Source: Nitrosopumilus sp.
GTDB taxonomy: Archaea; Thermoproteota; Nitrososphaeria; Nitrososphaerales; Nitrosopumilaceae
Direction: 5' to 3'
Assembly: GCA_965203315.1 (NCBI GenBank)
Contig: OZ241857.1
Location: 736,001 to 800,000, forward strand
Length of the DNA: 64,000 nt
Shown in pieces: positions 22,532 to 33,868 of the stretch. The stretch's first letter is position 1. The number at the start of each line of letters is the position of its first letter. The translations under genes were made by a program, and so were the position numbers. The notes below the pieces were generated by a model, which had not been told where the DNA came from, made no database searches, and saw only the letters and a list, made by a program, of their open reading frames with translations.

Positions 22532-22707
22532 GGTTCTGTTCAATTGACAGGGGTCGAGATCGTGATGATGTTATCTCAAAAGACGCACAACATGAGACTC
22601 AAAACAGCAGTAATTTACGATAGTCGATATGATACGTTTCCGTATTTTGCGAAATTTTTTGAGAATTTTGTGCACAAAATACCAACCACCGTCAATTGAA
22701 CAGAACC
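22532..22707 (+). mobile_element. MITE family A copy
   Basis: ggttctgttcaattgac...gtcaattgaacagaacc. Confidence 0.9.
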
Positions 22708-22716
22708 TAGTACAAA

Positions 22717-22857
22717 AGACTGTATGCATATTTCTTACATCATACGCACATTTTAAGGTACAATAAAACACAGGTGTGATTTCTAGAGGCAAATTGATTC
22801 ATTGCCATCATGTTTGATGATTGGGCATGGGCACTCTTAATAATGCGCATACAGTCT
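22717..22857 (+). mobile_element. MITE family B copy
   Basis: Reverse-complement homolog of 16053-16192. Confidence 0.85.
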
Positions 22858-22901
22858 AGTGGTTTTCTGACCGTTCAATACCAAATAGACCGAAAAGATC
22901 C
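22858..22901 (-). mobile_element. Truncated MITE family C end
   Basis: gtggttttctgaccg...gaccgaaaagatcc resembles 24510-24557. Confidence 0.55.
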
Positions 22902-23018
22902 GTAGCGATGCATGAACAGACATGTTAATGGATCACTAGTTCCTTTGCACGATTGCTCCAAACACTCCATCTATCCTCCAAGCAATGTAATTATATACGA
23001 GTTCGTGTAACAGTCATC

Positions 23019-23243
23019 ATGGAATCGGATAAATGCATGTGTGGGGGTTCATTAGTACCATATCTTCGAGATGGTAAAATACACACATTTAGTATAGCCA
23101 CAGACTTGCCACCATCAAGTTTGTACATATGTATAAAATGTGGCCATTGGCATTTATTCACGATAGCATTACAAAAAGAGGGTAAAGAGTTATTACTATC
23201 TGAAGTTCCAGATGAGGTTAAGAAAAATTTAGGATTAAACTAG
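23019..23243 (+). CDS. Small zinc-ribbon-like protein
   Basis: CMCGG...CIKCGH. Confidence 0.6.
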   Translation: MESDKCMCGGSLVPYLRDGKIHTFSIATDLPPSSLYICIKCGHWHLFTIALQKEGKELLLSEVPDEVKKNLGLN

Positions 23244-23290
23244 ACAAAAACATATAACAACGTCGATCATATTAATGTGTTTGCAATTTA

Positions 23291-23641
23291 TTACATACCA
23301 GACAATTTTGATTCGATTTCCGAAAGTCTTTTTCTACACGTATTTCTTATTTTTTCTGTTATATTTGCGGTTGGATAATATCGAGCTCGTATGCTTACAT
23401 CAAATAGTTTGACATAGGAATCATACAAGTCAGTTAATTCTTTCTTTACTGCTTTTTTTCTACCTTTATGATTTTTTTCAAACTCTATTCCGTTTTTATG
23501 TAAATAATCGTTGACCAAATGCAGTGCAGTATAAAATATAACAATTACTTCCCATTCAATATAATCCGGAGTCTTTTGGTTAAGATAATGAAGAGTGTTT
23601 TTGTTGTTAATACTCTTAGCATAATAGTTTGACATGATCAT
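23291..23641 (-). CDS. HEPN-domain-like protein
   Basis: W..VI.FYTALH...NHKGR...RARYY pattern typical of HEPN. Confidence 0.65.
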   Translation of the reverse strand: MIMSNYYAKSINNKNTLHYLNQKTPDYIEWEVIVIFYTALHLVNDYLHKNGIEFEKNHKGRKKAVKKELTDLYDSYVKLFDVSIRARYYPTANITEKIRNTCRKRLSEIESKLSGM

Positions 23642-24093
23642 TCTCGTTTAAAAATTGTAGTCGTATTGTTTAATACGCTTTGATCGATCTCGGAAGGAAG
23701 CAAAATTATCAATTGCATGTAAATATTTGGAAATTGATCTTCTAATTTAAAAAACACATCATAAATTGTGTCTTCTGAATATTCATAATCATCGTGTTCA
23801 TAAACCACAATTAATTTTATTTCATCAAATATATTCTCATAGCACACTAGTTTTACAAAATTAACACTGCTAAAGGCATCATTAATTTTTATTTTTATCT
23901 TTTCCACATCTACTTTATGTATCTTTTTAAAGTCGTTTTTTGACTCATCAGGATGTTTTGGTGTAGCTTTAGTAGATAACTTTTCTGCATTTTTTAGGTG
24001 ACTTGTTGACTGTGTAAGACCTTTTTGGCCTAGTCGGTACAATTCAGGCGCCAATTCATTTTTATAGCACACAACATCATCCGTAGTCGACAA
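23638..24093 (-). CDS. Hypothetical protein, HEPN partner (possible degenerate nucleotidyltransferase fold)
   Basis: 4-bp overlap with HEPN gene; AT-rich. Confidence 0.5.
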   Translation of the reverse strand: MSTTDDVVCYKNELAPELYRLGQKGLTQSTSHLKNAEKLSTKATPKHPDESKNDFKKIHKVDVEKIKIKINDAFSSVNFVKLVCYENIFDEIKLIVVYEHDDYEYSEDTIYDVFFKLEDQFPNIYMQLIILLPSEIDQSVLNNTTTIFKRE

Positions 24094-24441
24094 TTAATCA
24101 GCACCTCTAAACGTAGTATATGTGTTGTCAAAAGTACAAAGGTTAAATGATTTTGATCGCGATTGTATATTCATTATGAAATTATAATATATTGTAATAA
24201 CACGTGTATTATAAAACACAACAAGTAAAACTCCAACCACAAGGCCATCTGCAACTTTATGTACTATCAATGAAACATAGGGATCATTTGTCACATAATA
24301 ACATGTTTTAAAGTTTTCTATCAAATGTGTTACATTACCTAATGATTTCTCCACATAATTAATACTCGACATTACGCACGTCATTATACCATTACCACAT
24401 ATAACTGATTCTAATAGGTAAGCGTTCAAGGCCATTTTAAA

Positions 24442-24557
24442 GGATATTTTCGATTTATGTTGGATGGTGTCTCGCAAGGCTTTTTTTAATTTTCCCTCAT
24501 GGAATCTGGTAGTGCTTTTTCTGTGACCGTCATATCCCAGGTAAACTGAAAATATCC
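24442..24557 (-). mobile_element. MITE family C copy
   Basis: TIR ggatattttcgattta...taaactgaaaatatcc; reverse homolog of 33869-33983. Confidence 0.75.
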
Positions 24558-24594
24558 TTTAAATGGATAAAAGAATAGAAACACCACACATCAA

Positions 24595-24894
24595 ATGTTC
24601 AGCTACAGCAAACCTGAAATAACAGAAGCGTTCAAGATCGGTATGGAGTGGGTGGATGCACTGTTGGACAAATCATGTAAAAATACACTCACAAAGAGCG
24701 AGGTACTACACAGTCTATTTCACATGATTCAAGTAAATGAAGAGATGTTAAACAGTATCGAGTCAGACAAGCGTGTCTTTGGACCAGAGTTCGAAGAACT
24801 AAAACAGAGTGAGATACGAGATATAAACTTTCATCTAAAGTATTATCGAGGTCTAGTAAACTATATCAACAGCACTCCAGATGCTATTGGGTAA
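24595..24894 (+). CDS. Hypothetical protein
   Basis: 99-aa ORF with upstream TATA-like tttaaat. Confidence 0.65.
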   Translation: MFSYSKPEITEAFKIGMEWVDALLDKSCKNTLTKSEVLHSLFHMIQVNEEMLNSIESDKRVFGPEFEELKQSEIRDINFHLKYYRGLVNYINSTPDAIG

Positions 24895-24895
24895 T

Positions 24896-25432
24896 TTATG
24901 TGCGCAAGTGTGAGAACATGCTGTTGTACATGTCTTGTTTATCTGCATTAGTTCCATACTCGGTATCTCGATCGTACTCTAGACGTTTTTGTGTCAATAT
25001 AGATTCTATCTTCTCGATTTGTGTAAAGAGCAGCTTGCTTGAATCTTCACGGGCAAACTGCCTCTGCTGATCTTGGTTTTGGCCTCGCGTCACATAGTAT
25101 CTATCTTTAAAGTGATCTAGAATTTTGGGGACGAGTTCTATTCTAGTCATCTCTGCAAGATCAAAGTGACCTTGTTCGTGTACAAGAAGCTGGTCAGTCA
25201 TATGATGAGAACGAACCCATGACAGATGGGGATAAAAACAAGTATCTAGTTTGATGTTCTCTATAGCAAACTTGATCTGATCATCTATATCTCTAGAACT
25301 CACCGTCCATGTACAGTTGTATTTGATATAGCTACTTGCATCTTCATATACGGAGGGATTCGGATCTGCGGTATAGTCAGACCACGCCAGAAGGCGATCC
25401 CTAGACCATACAAAATATGCCCCTTCACTCAT
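24896..25432 (-). CDS. DUF922-like putative Zn-dependent protease
   Basis: W...R.L.W.DY, SWV, LLVHEQGHFDLAE, YDRDTEYG. Confidence 0.75.
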   Translation of the reverse strand: MSEGAYFVWSRDRLLAWSDYTADPNPSVYEDASSYIKYNCTWTVSSRDIDDQIKFAIENIKLDTCFYPHLSWVRSHHMTDQLLVHEQGHFDLAEMTRIELVPKILDHFKDRYYVTRGQNQDQQRQFAREDSSKLLFTQIEKIESILTQKRLEYDRDTEYGTNADKQDMYNSMFSHLRT

Positions 25433-25754
25433 ACGTACTAGACAGAGACTACTAGAAATAAGACTAACTGTACTAGTGTATCTTTGATCACTTTTTCAAC
25501 TCTTTTGATCAATTTTTAGAACGTTGTCAGTTTTAATGACATTTGCAGAATGTCTGTTGAAGGCAAGATGCTGACCTGTTTGGCTCTCAACGTGGCTCCC
25601 AAAGAGCAAAGAATCTAGGGAATCAAACTTGCTTGCTTTCTAATTTGATATACAGACTAGGTTCAACATGTCGACAAATCTCTCTTTCGTGTATAGTCCA
25701 CAAGACACTTGAACAAAATAATTAAATAACTATACACGATACCTCAACTCATGG

Positions 25755-27098
25755 GTGAACGTCTTTGGAGATCAACCAAAAATCATACCTCTAGATCTAG
25801 ATGAGAGCCAGTTTCGCCTGTATACAAGAATCTCTAAAAATTATAAACATACCTTTCTCTTTGAGTCATTGTCAGGTCCAGAGATACTGGCAGAGACATC
25901 AGTGATGGGGTTTGATCCAAAGGAGATAATTCGTGGATACACAGATAGGATTGAGATCATCAGAGATGACACACAGGTCATCGAGACAGACAGTCCATTT
26001 ATCGAGTTACGATCACACCTACGAGAGTCTAGCAATCAAAAGTATCGATATCTAGGAGGGGCTGTAGGTTATGTAAATTATGATGCCATAAGACTGACAG
26101 AGAATATTCCAGATCGACATAATCTTGATGAGCCTCTAATGGAGTTTGGAATATACGACGATGGCATCATATATGACAATATCAGAAAGTCGTTGTTCTA
26201 CTTTTATTATGATACAGATCGATTCGACGAGATAGAGATGGGTGACGATACATTAGGCTCATTTAAGGCATACGACATCAAGCCAGATATAGATCAGATA
26301 GAATTCACCACAATGGTAGAGAGAGCAAAACGGTACATCAATGATGGCGATATCTTTCAAGTAGTCTTGTCACGTAGATTCGACTTTACAACAAGCGGTG
26401 ACACTCTGAAATTGTACAGTACTTTACGGAGACTGAATCCATCACCATACATGTATCATCTCAAACACGACACACATGTAATAGTTGGTGCATCTCCAGA
26501 GATGCTAGTGCGGATAACAGGCGATAGAGTCGAGACGTTTCCCATAGCTGGAACAAGAGAGATATCTGACGACGATGGCGAGAATCAGAGATTGGTCCAA
26601 GATCTACTAAACGATGAGAAAGAGATTGCAGAGCATACGATGTTGGTAGACCTTGGCAGAAATGATATTGGTCGAGTATGTAAGAATGGCACAGTACGTG
26701 TAGAGTCATTGATGGACATAAAGAGATTCAGCCATGTTCAACATATTGTAAGTCATGTAGCAGGTCAACTGGGAGCAGATAGAGACATGTTTGATGCGTT
26801 TAATGCGATCTTTCCAGCAGGAACTGTATCAGGTGCTCCAAAGGTGCGAGCGATGGAGATAATAGAAGAGTTAGAACCGTCTGCGCGTGGCAACTATGCA
26901 GGCGCGGTAGGATACTTGGCCAACAATAGATGTTGTGACTTTGCAATTGCGATACGAAGCATCTTTATCAATGGAACGTCTGGATTCATCCAGTCTGGTG
27001 CAGGAATAGTCTCAGACTCGGTACCAGAGAATGAGTTTCTAGAGACTCAACACAAGGCTCGTGTGATGCTTGCTGCACTAGAGGAGGCAGTAGATTGA
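25755..27098 (+). CDS. trpE: Anthranilate synthase component I
   Basis: GDIFQVVLS, NPSPYM, PIAGTR, EHTMLVDLGRND, PAGTVSGAPK. Confidence 0.95.
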   Translation: MNVFGDQPKIIPLDLDESQFRLYTRISKNYKHTFLFESLSGPEILAETSVMGFDPKEIIRGYTDRIEIIRDDTQVIETDSPFIELRSHLRESSNQKYRYLGGAVGYVNYDAIRLTENIPDRHNLDEPLMEFGIYDDGIIYDNIRKSLFYFYYDTDRFDEIEMGDDTLGSFKAYDIKPDIDQIEFTTMVERAKRYINDGDIFQVVLSRRFDFTTSGDTLKLYSTLRRLNPSPYMYHLKHDTHVIVGASPEMLVRITGDRVETFPIAGTREISDDDGENQRLVQDLLNDEKEIAEHTMLVDLGRNDIGRVCKNGTVRVESLMDIKRFSHVQHIVSHVAGQLGADRDMFDAFNAIFPAGTVSGAPKVRAMEIIEELEPSARGNYAGAVGYLANNRCCDFAIAIRSIFINGTSGFIQSGAGIVSDSVPENEFLETQHKARVMLAALEEAVD

Positions 27099-27685
27099 AG
27101 TTTCTAATAATTGACAACTATGACTCTTTTGTGTACAATATTGCACAGTATCTAGGAGAGTTAGGAGTAGATTGTACAGTTGTACGAAACGATAGAGTCA
27201 CATTACATGATATCAGAGCAGCAGGCTATGACGGAATCGTGATATCGCCTGGTCCAGGAACGCCCACAGATAAGAGATACTTTGGAATCTGTTCTGATGT
27301 GATCAAGACACTAGGCAAGACCGTACCAATTCTTGGTGTATGTCTTGGGCATCAAGGAATAATTGATGTCTTTGGCGGTACAGTAACGAACGCACGCCAC
27401 GTGAGACATGGCAAGATCAGCACAATAACTCATACAGATTCAGATCTCTTCAAAGATGTGAATAACCCATTTCAAGCAACTCGTTATCACAGTCTGGTGG
27501 GAGAGAAGACTCGGATTCCGGACACGCTTCAAGTTACCGCAACGGCAGACGATGATGGCGAAGTCATGGCCATACAACATAAAGAGTATCCAATACACGG
27601 AGTTCAATTTCATCCAGAATCTATAATGACCAAAGAAGGAATCAAGATACTTGCAAACTTTATTCGATTGGTGAGATATGGTTGA
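27095..27685 (+). CDS. trpG: Anthranilate synthase component II
   Basis: IDNYDSF, SPGPG, GVCLGHQ, RYHSL, QFHPES. Confidence 0.95.
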   Translation: MKFLIIDNYDSFVYNIAQYLGELGVDCTVVRNDRVTLHDIRAAGYDGIVISPGPGTPTDKRYFGICSDVIKTLGKTVPILGVCLGHQGIIDVFGGTVTNARHVRHGKISTITHTDSDLFKDVNNPFQATRYHSLVGEKTRIPDTLQVTATADDDGEVMAIQHKEYPIHGVQFHPESIMTKEGIKILANFIRLVRYG

Positions 27686-28719
27686 ACCAGATGACAAAGT
27701 TATCTCAAGGAGTCGATCTCACATATGATGAAGCGTATAAAGCTGCACGCATGTTGCTCGAAGATCATACAGATACATCTGACAAGGTCAGGCTCTTAGA
27801 TGCGCTTGCGGCAAAGGGCGAGACAGATGATGAGATCTTGGGAATGTTGGACGCGATGATCTCATCTGCAGATACAGTCAAACTCGACAAACACAACACA
27901 ATAGACATGTGTGGTACAGGGGGGGATGGATTAAACACATTCAACATATCCACTACAGCCGCGTTTGTGGTTGCTGCGTCTGGAGGAACAGTAGCAAAAC
28001 ATGGGAATCGATCTAGTTCGGGCATATCAGGCAGTGCTGATATCTTTGAAGCGCTAGGGTATAATCTAGATGCCACATCTGACAGACTAGACGACATGCT
28101 TTGTCGTCACGGTATCTGCTTTATGTATGCGCCAAAGTTTCATCCAGCCATGAAACATGTTGCAGCTGCAAGGAGAGAGTTGGGACGTAGGACGATCTTT
28201 AATCTATTGGGTCCGCTTGCAAATCCTGCCAGGGTGCAGCATCAGTTGATTGGGGTATCATCTACAGAGTACCTAACCAGACTACCAAACATCCTGAGCC
28301 ATCACAATATACAACGTGTGATGACCGTAATGTCTGATATCGGCATGGATGAGTTTTCAACCAGTTCTATAAATCATACATGTACATTACAAGATGGCCA
28401 AGTTGTATCAAGTACGATCGATCCTCAAGAGATGGGACTTGCAAGATCAGAGATTACAGATATTCAGATATCTACAAAAGAAGAGTCGTTGAATGCATTC
28501 GTAAAAGTCTTGCACGGATCTGCAGCACGTGCAATGATCGAGACAGTGGCGTTGAATGCTGCCGGCGGACTAGTTGTAGGTAATGTGTGCAGAGATATCT
28601 CTGAAGGAGTCACAATAGCACTAGATACGATACGATCTGGTAAAGCAATGGATCTCTTGACGAGATTTGTACAAGATACAGGAGATATTGAGAGATTGGA
28701 GGCGGTGTCACTTGGTTAG
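27682..28719 (+). CDS. trpD: Anthranilate phosphoribosyltransferase
   Basis: DMCGTGGDG, FNIST, KHGNRS, GSAD, NLLGPLANP. Confidence 0.95.
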   Translation: MNQMTKLSQGVDLTYDEAYKAARMLLEDHTDTSDKVRLLDALAAKGETDDEILGMLDAMISSADTVKLDKHNTIDMCGTGGDGLNTFNISTTAAFVVAASGGTVAKHGNRSSSGISGSADIFEALGYNLDATSDRLDDMLCRHGICFMYAPKFHPAMKHVAAARRELGRRTIFNLLGPLANPARVQHQLIGVSSTEYLTRLPNILSHHNIQRVMTVMSDIGMDEFSTSSINHTCTLQDGQVVSSTIDPQEMGLARSEITDIQISTKEESLNAFVKVLHGSAARAMIETVALNAAGGLVVGNVCRDISEGVTIALDTIRSGKAMDLLTRFVQDTGDIERLEAVSLG

Positions 28720-29488
28720 AGATATACTAGAGCGGTTGGTACACAACTCACATCTAGCAATCAGTGACGGCATATACGACATCGATGAGAGTCTTGACTC
28801 TTCAGAGTCTAGCTTTGTATCTGCCATCAACACTAGTCAATGCACACCGGTCATTACAGAGATAAAGTTTGCATCGCCATCTCTTGGCAAGATCAGCACT
28901 CTTACCAATCCTGTTCTAGTTGCGCAACAGATGATAGCAGGCGGTGCGATAGGCCTTTCAGTCCTTACACAACCACACCTATTTTCTGGATCACCAAGAT
29001 ACTTTACCATGATACGAGATGCAGTAAAGGTTCCAATGTTGATGAAAGATATCATAGTAGACAAGATACAGCTAGATGCAGCAGTAAAGATAGGAGCAGA
29101 TATGATCCTACTGATACAGTCACTCTTTGATCGAGCATATGTATCAGAGATAGACGAGTTTATCGATTATGCTCACAAGTCTGGGCTCGAGGTACTGCTC
29201 GAAGTACATACAAGACAAGAGTTTGATAATGCAGCAAACACGGCTGCAGATATAATTGGAATAAACAATCGAGATCTCGACACATTAGAGATTGATCTCG
29301 ACACAACATGCAAGATACTAAAAGATAATGGGACATCGCGTCTGATCATATCCGAGAGTGGAATCGAGTCATCTGAACAGATTCGAGAGCTAAAACGCTG
29401 TGGAGCTGGTGCCTTTTTGATAGGAACAAGTATAATGAGACATGGCAATATAGAGGCTCAAGTGAAGAGGTTGGTAGAGTCGTATTGA
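28712..29488 (+). CDS. trpC: Indole-3-glycerol-phosphate synthase
   Basis: [24 protein letters not shown]. Confidence 0.95.
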   Translation: MVRDILERLVHNSHLAISDGIYDIDESLDSSESSFVSAINTSQCTPVITEIKFASPSLGKISTLTNPVLVAQQMIAGGAIGLSVLTQPHLFSGSPRYFTMIRDAVKVPMLMKDIIVDKIQLDAAVKIGADMILLIQSLFDRAYVSEIDEFIDYAHKSGLEVLLEVHTRQEFDNAANTAADIIGINNRDLDTLEIDLDTTCKILKDNGTSRLIISESGIESSEQIRELKRCGAGAFLIGTSIMRHGNIEAQVKRLVESY

Positions 29489-30669
29489 ATACAGAGAATG
29501 GGCGATTTGGTGACTTTGGTGGAAGGTATATTCCAGAGACCCTAGTTCCAGCAGTCGACGAGTTAGAGTCTAGTTATCTAGAGTTTAGTAGGGATGAAGA
29601 GTTTATCAACGAGTTGGATCATCATCTACGAGTATATGCAGGAAGGCCGACACCACTGTATCACGCAGCAAATCTCTCTGCAAATATTGGTGGTGCTCAG
29701 ATATATCTAAAACGTGAAGATCTCTTACATGGAGGTGCTCACAAGATCAACAATACGCTAGGTCAAGCTCTACTTGCAAAGAGGATGGGTAAGCGTCGAA
29801 TAATAGCCGAGACGGGTGCTGGTCAACACGGTGTGGCAACAGCTATGGCGTGTGCAGCCCTAGATATGAAATCAGAGATATACATGGGGTACAAAGATAC
29901 AGTTCGTCAACAACTTAATGTGGTTCGTATGAACCTACTAGGTTCAACTGTACATCCTGTGCGATCTGGTTCTGAGACTCTCAAAGATGCGATAAACTCG
30001 GCGATACGAGATTGGATAACAAACGTAGAGACCACATACTATTTACTAGGTTCGGCAGTTGGTCCACACCCATATCCAACCATGGTTAGAGACTTTCAGA
30101 GTGTCATAGGTAAAGAGATCAAGACACAGATAAGAGAGATGCAGATTACTCCAGATTGTGTGATTGCATGTGTAGGGGGCGGATCAAATGCAATTGGGAC
30201 GTTCTATCCATTAATCGATACAGAGATCGAATTAATCGGAGTAGAGGCTGCCGGTAGAGGCCTAGATACAGATCAACACTCTGCGACTCTCTCTGTCGGC
30301 AGCAGGGGTGTACTGCACGGCATGATGACGTATCTGCTGCAAGATAATGAAGGTCAGATTATACAGACACATAGCATATCAGCTGGTCTAGATTATCCAG
30401 GTGTTGGTCCAGAGCATGCACATCTCAAAGAGATTGGACGTGTAAAGTATCGCTCGGCAACCGATCAAGAGGTAGTCGACGCGTTCTTGATGTTGACTAG
30501 AACCGAGGGGATCATACCTGCACTAGAGTCAGCACATGCAGTTGCCGAAGCGATCAAGATTGCAAAAGAGATGAAGCGAACCGAGACCATAATCGTTACA
30601 CTCTCGGGACGCGGAGACAAAGATGTAGACCAAGTTCAGGAGTATCAGCAGAGGCATGTCAAAGATTAG
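29485..30669 (+). CDS. trpB: Tryptophan synthase beta chain
   Basis: [38 protein letters not shown]. Confidence 0.97.
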   Translation: MNTENGRFGDFGGRYIPETLVPAVDELESSYLEFSRDEEFINELDHHLRVYAGRPTPLYHAANLSANIGGAQIYLKREDLLHGGAHKINNTLGQALLAKRMGKRRIIAETGAGQHGVATAMACAALDMKSEIYMGYKDTVRQQLNVVRMNLLGSTVHPVRSGSETLKDAINSAIRDWITNVETTYYLLGSAVGPHPYPTMVRDFQSVIGKEIKTQIREMQITPDCVIACVGGGSNAIGTFYPLIDTEIELIGVEAAGRGLDTDQHSATLSVGSRGVLHGMMTYLLQDNEGQIIQTHSISAGLDYPGVGPEHAHLKEIGRVKYRSATDQEVVDAFLMLTRTEGIIPALESAHAVAEAIKIAKEMKRTETIIVTLSGRGDKDVDQVQEYQQRHVKD

Positions 30670-31447
30670 TTCCAAGTTTGTCGATCTAGCAGACGATGGA
30701 CAGAGTGCATTGATCGCATATCTGATGGCAGGATTTCCCAACATAAAGTCAACTATATCTGCGATTCGAGGACTAGAGCGCGGCGGTGTCGACATGATAG
30801 AGATAGGCATACCATTCTCTGATCCACTAGCCGACGGTCCAACGATCCAAGATGCGAGTAAGGTATCACTAGACAACGGAACAAAGATAACCGATATACT
30901 AGATATGATTCGAGATCAACAGATCACAACACCGATAATCTTGATGACATATACCAATCTGCTCTACAAACGAGGTTATGCACAGTTTGCTGCACAGGCA
31001 AGAAAAGTAGGAGTAGATGGATTGATCTTGCCCGATATGTCTCTCGAAGAGTCTGAGACATATAGACGCGAGTCTGCAGGACTAGATACCATATTTCTTT
31101 TATCACCAAATACAACTAGAGAGCGAGTAGACTCGATAATAGATATCTCTTCGGGTTTTGTGTATCTGGTTGCCGTATATGGTACAACTGGCGCGCGAAC
31201 AGGAGTTAAACAGTATGCACTAGATGCGCTAACCAGGATAAAGAGGCAAGCTCAAAATCGCATTCCAGTAGGAGTGGGATTTGGTGTCTCAAAACCCACA
31301 GATGTTAAACAGTATGTTACGGCAGGCGCGGATGCGGTAATTGTAGGTAGTGCCTACCTGGATATCATAAAACGTACACCATACTCTAAACTAGAGTCAG
31401 ACATTGCAGAGTTTACTCGTCAGCTCAAACTAGCAACCATCCACTAG
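30656..31447 (+). CDS. trpA: Tryptophan synthase alpha chain
   Basis: [38 protein letters not shown]. Confidence 0.97.
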   Translation: MSKISSKFVDLADDGQSALIAYLMAGFPNIKSTISAIRGLERGGVDMIEIGIPFSDPLADGPTIQDASKVSLDNGTKITDILDMIRDQQITTPIILMTYTNLLYKRGYAQFAAQARKVGVDGLILPDMSLEESETYRRESAGLDTIFLLSPNTTRERVDSIIDISSGFVYLVAVYGTTGARTGVKQYALDALTRIKRQAQNRIPVGVGFGVSKPTDVKQYVTAGADAVIVGSAYLDIIKRTPYSKLESDIAEFTRQLKLATIH

Positions 31448-31472
31448 ACATGATCAGTCTGTGATATACATC

Positions 31473-31615
31473 AGATTGTATGCGTATTTATTATATCTTG
31501 TACATATTTGAGGTACAATGAAACACACATGTGTCATCTCTAAAGGCAACTTGATTCATTGTTGTCATGTTTGATGATTGGGCATGGAACACCCTCAATA
31601 ATACGCACATAGTTT
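31473..31615 (+). mobile_element. MITE family B copy (diverged)
   Basis: Aligns with 22717-22857 (ttgattcattg...tgtttgatgattgggcatgg). Confidence 0.8.
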
Positions 31616-31714
31616 ATCAATAGAATGTACAATTCATGTTCACATTGTCGTTATTACACATGTCATGTATTCTAGTTATCTTACACTAGTTATCTTAAAA
31701 TCTAGTGTAGGAAC

Positions 31715-32752
31715 TTGAACACTATGAACAAGATGCGTGCGATGGTTCTCAAAGAGTGTGCACCAATTGAGACGAATCCCTTAGAGTTGATCGAGATAGA
31801 TCGGCCAAGCATCCAAAGACCCAACGAGATCCTCATCAAGATCGAAGCTTGTGGAGTATGCCACTCTCAGCTACATAGTATCGAAGGCGATTGGCGCGAT
31901 ATTGGAATTCCTCCCGTACTGCCCACGGTTCCTGGCCACGAGGTTGTTGGCAGAGTGGTAGAGATAGGTAGTTCAGTAACAAAGTTTGCCACCGGCGATA
32001 GAGTGGGGATAACTCCATTACTTGAAGCATGTCAGAGATGTGACTATTGTAACGAGGGCAAAGAGTACCTATGCGAATCATCCACAATTACTGGCGAATC
32101 TCTCAAAGGAGGATACACTCAATACATCACGGTTGTCGAAGACTTTGCTACAAAAGTCCCAGACAGTATGAGTCCCGAGTATGCTGCACCACTCTTTTGT
32201 GCAGGAATAACAGCATACAAGGCAGTAAAAGCTATAGAGCCAAAACCCAGAATGCGACTAGGGATATTCGGAGTTGGTGGAGTAGGCCACATGGCGATCC
32301 AGTTTGCCAAATTAAAAGGGTGTAATGTTGTTGCGTTCTCTCGAACTAGTAAACATCTAGAGGTTGCAAAGCGACTTGGAGCTATAGATGTGATCGACTC
32401 TACAGAACCAGCTAGAGTTCTAGACACGATAACAGAGAGAGGACTGCTCGATGCAGCAATAGTATTTGCGCCATCTGATACCATAACAGAGGTGGCCATT
32501 CGATCGGTAAGAAAGGGAGGAGTAATCGTAATCGCAACTATTGGTGGACCATTACCGTTTATGGCATTTGAAGAGAAGACCATTAGGGGAACGCTTATCG
32601 GATCTATCAAAGATATGGAGCAGGTCATAAAGATATGCGATACAGAGAGTCTAAAAGTAGTATCAGAAAAGTTTCCACTAGAGTCTGCAAACGATGTACT
32701 CAAAAAACTCAAAGACTCAAAGATATCTGCAAGAGCAGTACTCATCCCATAA
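31715..32752 (+). CDS. Zn-dependent alcohol dehydrogenase (MDR family)
   Basis: ACGVCHS, PGHEVVG, C..C..C.......C, GVGGVG. Confidence 0.92.
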   Translation: MNTMNKMRAMVLKECAPIETNPLELIEIDRPSIQRPNEILIKIEACGVCHSQLHSIEGDWRDIGIPPVLPTVPGHEVVGRVVEIGSSVTKFATGDRVGITPLLEACQRCDYCNEGKEYLCESSTITGESLKGGYTQYITVVEDFATKVPDSMSPEYAAPLFCAGITAYKAVKAIEPKPRMRLGIFGVGGVGHMAIQFAKLKGCNVVAFSRTSKHLEVAKRLGAIDVIDSTEPARVLDTITERGLLDAAIVFAPSDTITEVAIRSVRKGGVIVIATIGGPLPFMAFEEKTIRGTLIGSIKDMEQVIKICDTESLKVVSEKFPLESANDVLKKLKDSKISARAVLIP

Positions 32753-32800
32753 TACGGAATACGTTGAGAATGTGTATTAATCACCAGGCATTTATCTAAG

Positions 32801-33430
32801 ATGTACAAACGTGTAGTTCATATACGTTTTAGAATCAAAATTATTCTAGTTCCGATTGTTGTTTCCATCTTAGTCATATTCCCAATCACAATTTTAGACA
32901 TAGATAACAGTACCGTGTATCGCATAGCTGCGATCATCACAATACTCTCGGTAATCATTTCTCCATCCATGTATTTTCTACAGAGACGCGATAGTGAAAA
33001 AATGATGTTAGTTAAGGAAGAAAGAGAGAGAAAGAGAGCGTCAAACAACATCTGCCGCGAACTTCAAGACACGTTAGAAGGATTAGATCGCAATAAGCAT
33101 TACAACCGTGCAATAGATTTTGAAACTAAGCATGGTCAAAAAGTGTTTTTTATGAATAGATTATTTAACCATGACTTTTATGATAGTTTGATATTTTCAG
33201 GAAAAATCAATTTTCTTGAACCCGATCTCCAGCAATCTGTTCAGAATATTTTTAGAATTATTAAAATGCATAACGAATATTTGAAACTAACAGAAAAAAT
33301 GAGTCAAGAAAAACAAGAAACGTTTCCAGAAGAAACGTACAAATATTATATTTGGATGGATGAGCAAGAAAAACAGTTACTAAAGCATATACCGATTATG
33401 ATAGAAAAACTCGAATCCAAATTTATGTGA
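32801..33430 (+). CDS. Hypothetical membrane protein (2 N-terminal TM helices)
   Basis: 209-aa AT-rich ORF. Confidence 0.65.
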   Translation: MYKRVVHIRFRIKIILVPIVVSILVIFPITILDIDNSTVYRIAAIITILSVIISPSMYFLQRRDSEKMMLVKEERERKRASNNICRELQDTLEGLDRNKHYNRAIDFETKHGQKVFFMNRLFNHDFYDSLIFSGKINFLEPDLQQSVQNIFRIIKMHNEYLKLTEKMSQEKQETFPEETYKYYIWMDEQEKQLLKHIPIMIEKLESKFM

Positions 33431-33868
33431 TTTCTATAAAAAATATTGATAGGATCAGTCATCTGAGACGGGTCGGAGTTTACCCTTTCGAGCTCCTTGT
33501 ATGTCTGGAGCAGGAACACTACCACACAAAAATTCAGAAAACTCATCCTTGGATTTGTCGTTTTTGTCATCAGACATACTAATTATTACGCAGACACAAC
33601 ATAAAAAAAGTATTGGTGAATAGGTTACCCGCTGGATCCAAAAAGTTGCTCACTCTTTGTCTGATGTGACGTTCTTACCAGCCACTGATTTCTACTTTTG
33701 ACGGTTGTTTGTTGATAAACGCTTCGTATGGCGTCTCTGTATGCGTTCAAGTCTCCCTTTTAAGTACCCAATTAGAGCACAAGATTTGATTCGCATGGAG
33801 GGTTCTACTTGGTCTATAATTTACAGGTCTATTCATCAGTTATGAGACTAGTACCTCATCATTGCAGG

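Noticed and set aside
24094-24477. 127-aa ORF upstream of the HEPN pair
   Set aside because: Starts inside MITE C and has no recognisable motifs.
25755-31447. trp operon lacking trpF
   Set aside because: The function may be encoded elsewhere or by a bifunctional isomerase; cannot be judged from one window.
32119-32808. 229-aa antisense ORF and similar shadow ORFs (e.g. 3529-4059, 59992-60438)
   Set aside because: Opposite-strand shadows of well-supported genes with no motifs.
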